Source: a virus
DNA length: 64,000 bases
IMG/VR virus record: IMGVR_UViG_3300027759_003534
Coordinates: 96,001 to 160,000 of that record
Direction: 5' to 3' (one strand)
The translations under genes and the position numbers were made by a program. A model generated the notes under the pieces. That model searched no databases. It was not told the DNA's origin and saw only the letters and a program-made list of their open reading frames with translations. Shown here piece by piece: positions 58,355-64,000 of this stretch; positions within the stretch are counted from its first letter, which is position 1; each line of letters starts with the position of its first letter.

Positions 58355-59512
58355 TTATTCTAAAAAATACTCTTTACTGAAACTTAGTTTTTGACCAAAA
58401 TAAATGTTGTTGGGGTTGTTTCTCCAGTAGTCTGGTATTTTGTTCCATATATTGGCCATGCTATTATAGAAATTTTTAGCAGCCTTTTCGTTGTTGTTGG
58501 CGGAAAAAAACCAGTTGTCGCGTTGGGCAAAAAAGATGCTAGGAGTTTTGCTTTCTACATACACCGTAGGGTTCCATTTTGGGTATATCAAGGTATGCAC
58601 TCCAGACGCACTCAACCAAAGTTGTGATCCATCTGACAAGTATTTGTAAGCCAAATCTGATTTTGTTTTTGTCATAAATTCTGTACGTTCATTGGCATGT
58701 TGCAAATAATTTTTAATAACATGAGCCTGTTTGATTGGGATTAGTGGAGCTTCTGGAGACCAATAAAAAAGCTCATAGTTATTGCCGTCCTTATTTTCTT
58801 TTTGTTCACGTGCCGAAATTGCCATATCAACACTTTCGATAAATCTAAATGCATATCGTCCTTCTTTAAGAGTGACTCGAGGTTTATCCAGGCCATAAAT
58901 TATGACTAGCCTACGACCCGAATCTATAATATCTCTCCATTCGGGTATGCGTTCTTTTAAACCATATTTAAAACTGTGCCAGGGAGTTCTATGTATATTG
59001 GTTTCGTAACCCCAAGATTCTATCATGTCAGAGTTTTCAAACCGCTCAATTACATCCTGGGTAAAATCAATTGTTCTGAACTGCAGATCAGGCCATTTAA
59101 CCTTGAGTTGTTCAAACTTAGGAGTAACCACTTTGAATATTTCAGCATTGGCTAAGTTGTCTGCGTCACCGGTGTATTCATAATTATGAAAACTAAACAG
59201 CTCGTCGATCTTGATGTTGTTGTCTACAAAAGTATCAAGGATATTATTGCTGTCTGCACCGCCGCTGTAGGCTAATATTACATAGTCATAATTTATGCGT
59301 ATTTGTTCAGCACGTTGGCGATACAACTCACTAAGACTTTGCTTGGGCTCTACTGTCCAATCAAATTGATTGTAAACCTGCTCATTGAAATTCCAGTGAG
59401 GATGTATGCCTGTTTTGGTATGTAGTTCGATGGCTTCCAGTTTGCTGTAGGTCTGACAATTACCAACTTGGTAAAAGCCAAACATATCGGGGTTTTGTCT
59501 CATGACGGTCAT
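58355..59512 (-). CDS. PP-loop (adenine nucleotide alpha-hydrolase-like) protein
   Basis: 'YVILAYSGGADSNNIL' (SGGxDS). Confidence 0.55.
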   Translation of the reverse strand: MTVMRQNPDMFGFYQVGNCQTYSKLEAIELHTKTGIHPHWNFNEQVYNQFDWTVEPKQSLSELYRQRAEQIRINYDYVILAYSGGADSNNILDTFVDNNIKIDELFSFHNYEYTGDADNLANAEIFKVVTPKFEQLKVKWPDLQFRTIDFTQDVIERFENSDMIESWGYETNIHRTPWHSFKYGLKERIPEWRDIIDSGRRLVIIYGLDKPRVTLKEGRYAFRFIESVDMAISAREQKENKDGNNYELFYWSPEAPLIPIKQAHVIKNYLQHANERTEFMTKTKSDLAYKYLSDGSQLWLSASGVHTLIYPKWNPTVYVESKTPSIFFAQRDNWFFSANNNEKAAKNFYNSMANIWNKIPDYWRNNPNNIYFGQKLSFSKEYFLE

Positions 59513-59515
59513 CTA

Positions 59516-60481
59516 TTATTGTTGTTCGCTAAAGTTTGAACTTTCCATGACTTTTCGACTGGAACGAATACTATCGCTAATAATCTTTAAAAACTCTGCG
59601 GATTCTGTAATTGGCAATGGATAGGCCATATTTTTGGCTAAAATATTTAAAAACTCAGGATCCTTGGCGGCTACACGCATAGCATTTCTCAACCGGTCAA
59701 TCACATAAGCTGGCGTATTAGCCGGAGCAATTATACCATACCACGGAACTATGTTGGCTTCTGGCAACTCTAATTCTGTAAACGTGGGCACGTTTGGTAG
59801 TTCGGCCAAGCGGTTCGGCCAAGCTACGGCCAAAGGAACAGCACTGCCTGCGGCAATATGTTGATTAACGGGCATGATAATTTCAGCCATGGAATTTAAA
59901 TCACCTCGCAAAAAGTCTAACAACATCTGATTAGCAGCCTTGTAAGGAATCATGGTCAATTTGGTATTGGTTTTAAAAGCAATAGTTTCCATGATCAAAT
60001 GCGTATGGTTGCAATACTGTGCGCCGTAGTTAACCTTGTTGGGATTTTGCCTTGCTGTGCTGACAAGTTCTTGAAAAGTTTTTAAAGACGAATTTTTTGG
60101 CACTGCTAATACAATAGGCGAAGCTGCAAACCGCGACACAGGTGTAAAATCAGTAACTGAATTATAAGGTGCGTTCTTGACGCATTGCGGACTGATAACC
60201 AAGGCCGAAACGGTACCCATGCCTATAGTGTACCCATCAGGCTTTGCTTTTGACACCTGAGACAACCCTATAGATCCGCCTGCTCCGGTTACATTAACTA
60301 CTACCAACGGCTGTCCAAGAGAGTTAGACATGGATTTGGCTATGGCACGGGCTAAGATATCCGATGCACCACCTGTTCCGAATGGCACAATAAACTCAAT
60401 GGGTTTAACCGGATAAGCAGGCGTCTGTGCTTGCGATACTATCCAAAATAATCCCAAAAAAATTGTTGCAAAATATTTCAT
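59516..60481 (-). CDS. Tripartite tricarboxylate transporter substrate-binding protein (TctC/Bug family)
   Basis: Signal peptide followed by 'YPVKPIEFIVPFGTGGASDILAR', 'GAGGSIG', 'AKPDGYT', 'PNVPTFTE', 'WYGIIAPANTP'; AGGAG before ATG 60481. Confidence 0.9.
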   Translation of the reverse strand: MKYFATIFLGLFWIVSQAQTPAYPVKPIEFIVPFGTGGASDILARAIAKSMSNSLGQPLVVVNVTGAGGSIGLSQVSKAKPDGYTIGMGTVSALVISPQCVKNAPYNSVTDFTPVSRFAASPIVLAVPKNSSLKTFQELVSTARQNPNKVNYGAQYCNHTHLIMETIAFKTNTKLTMIPYKAANQMLLDFLRGDLNSMAEIIMPVNQHIAAGSAVPLAVAWPNRLAELPNVPTFTELELPEANIVPWYGIIAPANTPAYVIDRLRNAMRVAAKDPEFLNILAKNMAYPLPITESAEFLKIISDSIRSSRKVMESSNFSEQQ

Positions 60482-60526
60482 AAAACTCCTTTTAATGTTG
60501 TAAATGTTTTCGCCGTACGTTTTACT

Positions 60527-60554
60527 ATTATACAATGTATAGCAAAAATGTCAA
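60527..60554 (-). promoter_or_regulatory. Sigma70-type promoter for the TctC-like gene
   Basis: TTGACA-16 bp-TATAAT, followed by AGT. Confidence 0.65.
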
Positions 60555-60685
60555 GCAATTTTTAGAAGCTGGCGATGAATATCGCTCACGGTGGGCGTTC
60601 TGTGTTTTTAACACAGTAAAGACATCAATATGTCAGGCGTCTGTAATATATCCGACGTCGGTGAATCCGGCGTTGCTAGAATTAT

Positions 60686-61933
60686 TTATAACTGATCAAT
60701 CCATTTTAACATTTTTATGGCCACCAAGCTATTGATAGGAATATGACCGTGTGTGTGAGCAAGAGCAATTTGATCTTGAATATAGTCAAGACCTTCGGCG
60801 TCGTGCGACAGAGAATCAGGTATGGTCAGCAACTGTTGATCCAACAATGATAACGGAATCAAGGTGTCTTTAAGCATGTCATTGTCGTATAGGCTTTCAA
60901 TGCCAATATAAGGTTCCAAAAAATTATCTACATTTGAAAACATGATGTCTTGGGCTATTGTAGCATTGGCCACGTGTGACAAACTAACACCGGTAAAATC
61001 AAGCCTTCGTAACAGATCAAATGTTAAATCTGTACCTATAGGACTGTAGACTTTATTACCATTTATTCCATCCATCAACGCCCAGGGTTTTTGTAACAAG
61101 TGAGTGCGATCTATACCTATCCGGGGTTTGTAAACATCATAGGATTTCAAAGATTGGGTGTAAAATGTTTGTGAGTTTAAATAATCCTTGACCTGGGCGG
61201 AAGTTACCTGGTCTTGCAACAATAACTCGTCCACAAATACAGGTTTGTGCAATAAAATTTGGTTGCCATGGAATCCAAAAATAAACGCCGTGTCACGATG
61301 TTTTCTTAATATGCTGTGCGTAGTGTAGCACTTCAAGTGCTGTAAATCTCCATGGTTAAAACTATAGGCTATATCTTCTACAGTCATGGTCATGCGGGTA
61401 ATAGATTTGCACTGTGATTCTAACCTGTTTAAAAGAGCATCAACTTTGTGTTTGTTTTCTAGATTGTTATGTAGACTCAGCTCGCTGTCTTGAGTGCGAT
61501 TTTCAAAACACAATATATTGGTTCTTGGCAACAGTTTTTGCGAAATGACAAAACTCAACAACACCATTGAATCTATTCCACCACTGTAGCAAAGAGTAAC
61601 TTGTGCATGGCTTTGATATATGCTTGATATGGCCCGACTTATTTGGTCATGCACCTGTTGTGTATAAAACTCTAAATTGACATTTCTTGTTACAGGCGTG
61701 CAAGACAATATATCACCATCTTGGCTGTAGATGAAATTGCCAGTGGGAATAAAATATCCAGCCCAACAACTACCCAGTTGTGAATCGGCAATATTTATAA
61801 TAGGTGCATTTGATGGGCGGAAATAGACAGCTCTATCAAGTGGTTGATTCTTGATTTTAGATATATCTGTTTCTATTAGATTGTCTTTGACAATAAATTT
61901 ATTGAGCTCTAGGTCTTTGTTACAAAACTGCAT
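60686..61933 (-). CDS. Asparagine synthetase-like PP-loop protein
   Basis: 'VTLCYSGGIDSMVLL' and 'FGFHGNQIL' (resembles the AsnB G.GGDE.F region). Confidence 0.5.
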   Translation of the reverse strand: MQFCNKDLELNKFIVKDNLIETDISKIKNQPLDRAVYFRPSNAPIINIADSQLGSCWAGYFIPTGNFIYSQDGDILSCTPVTRNVNLEFYTQQVHDQISRAISSIYQSHAQVTLCYSGGIDSMVLLSFVISQKLLPRTNILCFENRTQDSELSLHNNLENKHKVDALLNRLESQCKSITRMTMTVEDIAYSFNHGDLQHLKCYTTHSILRKHRDTAFIFGFHGNQILLHKPVFVDELLLQDQVTSAQVKDYLNSQTFYTQSLKSYDVYKPRIGIDRTHLLQKPWALMDGINGNKVYSPIGTDLTFDLLRRLDFTGVSLSHVANATIAQDIMFSNVDNFLEPYIGIESLYDNDMLKDTLIPLSLLDQQLLTIPDSLSHDAEGLDYIQDQIALAHTHGHIPINSLVAIKMLKWIDQL

Positions 61934-61941
61934 AAGTTAAA

Positions 61942-62109
61942 TTACCGTCCACGGCCAGCACTACGAGTTGGCGGTTTCTTGGCTGGCCCAGCTGAGGGTT
62001 TAACTTTGGCTTTTTTCTCTACAACAGAATTAACATCGCTACTGTCTGGGTGAGTTCGACCTTGTTTCTTTGCTAATGCTTTGGCAATTGTGTCAGAAAG
62101 TTTTGACAT
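61942..62109 (-). CDS. 55-aa basic protein (not in ORF track)
   Basis: MSKLSDTIAKALAKKQGRTHPDSSDVNSVVEKKAKVKPSAGPAKKPPTRSAGRGR*; AGGA Shine-Dalgarno. Confidence 0.6.
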   Translation of the reverse strand: MSKLSDTIAKALAKKQGRTHPDSSDVNSVVEKKAKVKPSAGPAKKPPTRSAGRGR

Positions 62110-62141
62110 TTCGTGTTCCTTTTTCTTTGTGTCTAGTCTTG

Positions 62142-62345
62142 CTACTCTGCTACAACCTCTTTTTCGACGAATCCTGGGCGAGCTTTTAGTACTGCAATTC
62201 TGCGTTGAATTTTTGGTGCAGTCTTTTTACGAGCATTGACCAGCAACTTTTCTAACTGGGTTACATTCAGCGGCCCTAAGCGTTCCCGACCATTCTTGGT
62301 ACGCATTGGATCTGATTTGCGAGCTTTTTGTCCTGTCTTTGCCAT
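62142..62345 (-). CDS. 67-aa basic protein
   Basis: K/R-rich; AAGGA Shine-Dalgarno; TATAAGTA motif upstream. Confidence 0.65.
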   Translation of the reverse strand: MAKTGQKARKSDPMRTKNGRERLGPLNVTQLEKLLVNARKKTAPKIQRRIAVLKARPGFVEKEVVAE

Positions 62346-62424
62346 GTTGTTTCCTTGTGTTATATTTTACTTATAACTGGAATAGCTGGCAATTAAAATT
62401 CTGGTGGGCCCTGAAGGTGTTTTG

Positions 62425-62498
62425 TGGACCCCTCCGGACTCGAACCGGAATAGTACAAATTATGAGTTTGCGGCAATAACCAATTATGCTAGAGGTCC
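62425..62498 (-). tRNA. tRNA with CAT anticodon (Met or Ile2); CCA not encoded at the normal position
   Basis: Acceptor GGACCTC/GGGGTCC, anticodon arm GCAAA-CTCATAA-TTTGT, T-arm TCCGG-TTCGAGT-CCGGA. Confidence 0.85.
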
Positions 62499-62524
62499 AC
62501 AAAACATCCTTGCCCTACAAAACT

Positions 62525-62614
62525 TGGCGGAAGCGGTCCGATTCGAACGGACGGAGGATTTAACTCCTCGGCAGGTTAGTAATCTGCTGGTTTCGGCCAC
62601 TCACCCACGCTTCC
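62525..62614 (-). tRNA. tRNA-Ser with ACT anticodon
   Basis: Acceptor GGAAGCG/CGCTTCC, G73, encoded CCA, long variable arm, loop TT-ACT-AA, A31-C39 mismatch. Confidence 0.85.
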
Positions 62615-62622
62615 GTACAACT

Positions 62623-62698
62623 TGGCGCTCCCGACCGGATTCGAACCGGTGTACTTGCCGTGAAAGGGCAATGTCCTAGGCCTCTAGACGACGGGAGC
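62623..62698 (-). tRNA. tRNA-Glu(TTC)
   Basis: Acceptor GCTCCCG/CGGGAGC, anticodon arm TTGCC-CTTTCAC-GGCAA, canonical T-arm, encoded CCA. Confidence 0.95.
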
Positions 62699-62705
62699 CT
62701 GTACT

Positions 62706-62867
62706 TTACCTCATGAATTGTTGTTGCTTAATGGCCTTGTTGATAGCTTTGATGCGTTGGTTGGCGTCCATGATACTACGGCTAGCCGATTCGCGTTTTT
62801 CACTCTTGGTCCACTGTCCTGCAAGGGTACGGCCTAATTCACTTGATGTTTGTTGTGGCTTTGCCAT
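62706..62867 (-). CDS. 53-aa hypothetical protein (not in ORF track)
   Basis: MAKPQQTSSELGRTLAGQWTKSEKRESASRSIMDANQRIKAINKAIKQQQFMR*. Confidence 0.55.
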   Translation of the reverse strand: MAKPQQTSSELGRTLAGQWTKSEKRESASRSIMDANQRIKAINKAIKQQQFMR

Positions 62868-62868
62868 G

Positions 62869-63096
62869 CTATTTTACCTTTGCTAAGTAATCAACTAAAT
62901 TGACCTGCCCTGCTTGGATTTCATGCAGTGCATCTACGCAGGTCACATAACGGTTGGTGTCTTCACGGTGAACACGTTTGAGTTCACGCAGTCGTTGTGC
63001 GCCAATTAGGACCATGTCATAACGTCCGCCGCCAGCTTGACGTACACACTGTTCCATATCAATCGCTGGGCCACGACTTGCAATTCTTGCTTTCAT
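62869..63096 (-). CDS. RNA polymerase omega subunit (RpoZ)-like protein
   Basis: 'IDMEQCVRQAGGGRYDMVLIGAQRLRELKR...VTCVDALHEIQAG' parallels RpoZ 'VEDCL..V.NRFDLVLVAARRARQL...TVIALREIEEG'; AGGAG Shine-Dalgarno. Confidence 0.65.
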   Translation of the reverse strand: MKARIASRGPAIDMEQCVRQAGGGRYDMVLIGAQRLRELKRVHREDTNRYVTCVDALHEIQAGQVNLVDYLAKVK

Positions 63097-63119
63097 GATA
63101 TCTCCTGTTGTAAAAGTGT

Positions 63120-63148
63120 ATTATATATTAAATTGATGGCAATGTCAA
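63120..63148 (-). promoter_or_regulatory. Consensus sigma70 promoter
   Basis: TTGACA-17 bp-TATAAT, 23 nt upstream of the RpoZ-like ATG. Confidence 0.85.
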
Positions 63149-63197
63149 TATGAGTATGCTCATTTGATCTTGTTAAAATTGAACAACGGCACGTTGA

Positions 63198-63815
63198 TTA
63201 TACCGGCTCTTTATTTGTTATATTTAAATATTCTTGATATAGTTCTTCCCAATTTAAAATTATGTTTTTAAAAAAATAAGGACTTTTTTGATGTACCTTC
63301 CCAACTCGCAATTCATTGTATTCTAAGCCCAATTCGTCAGCAAGAAATTTTGCCCCTTGATCTATTAGATCTTCGTAGTAAATTGTTACAACTTTTTTAT
63401 AAACAGATAAATTAACTTTATGGTCCCAACTACGCTTTGATTTTAGTAAATTAATAAATTTTAATTTGTCAATGACAGTTGGCTCTACAACTTTGCTACT
63501 ATAATCTTTACCGCTCCATTCATTGACTATGTTGGCTACAATAACACTCATTAATTGAGCAAATACATCTTTCCTGAGACTTATTATTAAAGTTACAGTT
63601 GCTGGATCTAAATCTTTGATTAAATTAATGTCATGCAGATGTATTACTACATTTTGATCTTTAATATGTTGCCGACATTCTTTTTCATTCATCGGAAGCC
63701 ATAGCCCGTACGCATCAGCTAATCCTCCTTTATTAAACGGAGTACCTGCTAACATCTCTAGTATAATATGACTTCCGGTTCTTCCTGGAGAAAAAATAGT
63801 ATAGACACTGTTCAT
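63198..63815 (-). CDS. Sulfotransferase-like protein
   Basis: N-terminal 'IFSPGRTGSH' resembles a PAPS-binding loop; also 'LIISLRKD' and 'IYYEDL'. AT-rich; start placed at the second ATG (63815). Confidence 0.5.
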   Translation of the reverse strand: MNSVYTIFSPGRTGSHIILEMLAGTPFNKGGLADAYGLWLPMNEKECRQHIKDQNVVIHLHDINLIKDLDPATVTLIISLRKDVFAQLMSVIVANIVNEWSGKDYSSKVVEPTVIDKLKFINLLKSKRSWDHKVNLSVYKKVVTIYYEDLIDQGAKFLADELGLEYNELRVGKVHQKSPYFFKNIILNWEELYQEYLNITNKEPV

Positions 63816-63820
63816 GCCCA

Positions 63821-63828
63821 TATTTATA
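63821..63828 (-). promoter_or_regulatory. TATAAATA late-promoter-like motif
   Basis: Exact T4-type late core 5 nt upstream of ATG 63815; another exact copy sits at 60683-60690. Confidence 0.5.
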
Positions 63829-63891
63829 GATCAATTCCGCTTGTCTCAATGTTTCCATTCGTTATAAAAATTTGTGTGTTGACCGTTAGCA

Positions 63892-63968
63892 TGGTACCCT
63901 GGGGAGGATTCGGACCTCCACATTCCGATTTCTTGGACCGGTGACTTTACCTGTTTGTCTACCAGGGC
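63892..63968 (-). tRNA. Non-canonical tRNA-Leu-like gene with AAG anticodon
   Basis: Acceptor GCCCTGG/CCAGGGT, A73, encoded CCA, anticodon arm CCGGT-CCAAGAA-ATCGG (C33), T-loop TCCGAAT (C55), short variable loop. Confidence 0.7.
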
Positions 63969-63991
63969 TAATTTTTACATTGTTACTTGTG

Positions 63992-64000
63992 TGGTACCAT
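63992..64000 (-). tRNA. Probable 3' end of a further tRNA truncated by the window edge
   Basis: Minus strand reads ...ATGGTACCA, matching the GGTACCA end of the adjacent tRNA. Confidence 0.4.

Noticed and set aside
60535-60735. 66-aa + strand ORF, and the 60535 start for the TctC-like gene
   Set aside because: The + ORF overlaps a minus-strand promoter and gene end with no RBS. The TctC start is better placed at 60481 (AGGAG plus signal peptide), and 60535 lies within the promoter spacer.
62404-62679. 91-aa + strand ORF in the ORF track
   Set aside because: It is the antisense reading of three tRNA genes.
1-64000. Prophage boundary or bacterial chromosome segment
   Set aside because: No integrase, att duplication or run of housekeeping genes. 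The bacterial-like genes (TctC, NeuD-like, RpoZ-like) are isolated and embedded in phage-type operons and promoters.

Overview
This window looks like part of a large tailed dsDNA phage genome. There is no rRNA, integrase or CRISPR array; genes are tightly packed and often overlap at start/stop codons. It has three blocks. (1) 1-19020 (+): virion structural genes, comprising a 5'-truncated baseplate-wedge-like gene, a 4914-aa modular structural protein, a tail fibre with a C-terminal autocleaving-chaperone-like domain and a T/G/S-rich tail protein, closed by a terminator. (2) 19394-48195 (both strands): a roughly 29-kb island of modification enzymes. It holds seven radical SAM proteins with an N-terminal twitch/SPASM-like Cys cluster (six within 9.4 kb), two amidinotransferases, a NodU/CmcH carbamoyltransferase, a DegT/StrS aminotransferase, an NDP-sugar epimerase, a cytidylyltransferase, several glycosyltransferase-like paralogs, and SGNH- and sulfotransferase-like proteins. 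Its product and target are unknown, and it is the strongest candidate for an undescribed system. (3) 48220-64000 (-): thyX, a MoxR-like AAA ATPase with a peptidase/VWA partner, an array of small paralogous proteins, a GT2 + NeuD-like cassette, a TctC/Bug-family binding protein flanked by two PP-loop enzymes, an RNA polymerase omega (RpoZ)-like gene and a tRNA cluster. Two of the four complete tRNAs carry rare A34 anticodons (Ser ACT, Leu AAG), and one is nested in an extended acceptor-like helix. Five near-consensus sigma70 promoters and several TAAATA/TAAGTA late-promoter-like motifs are visible. All product calls come from motifs read by eye; no database searches were run.
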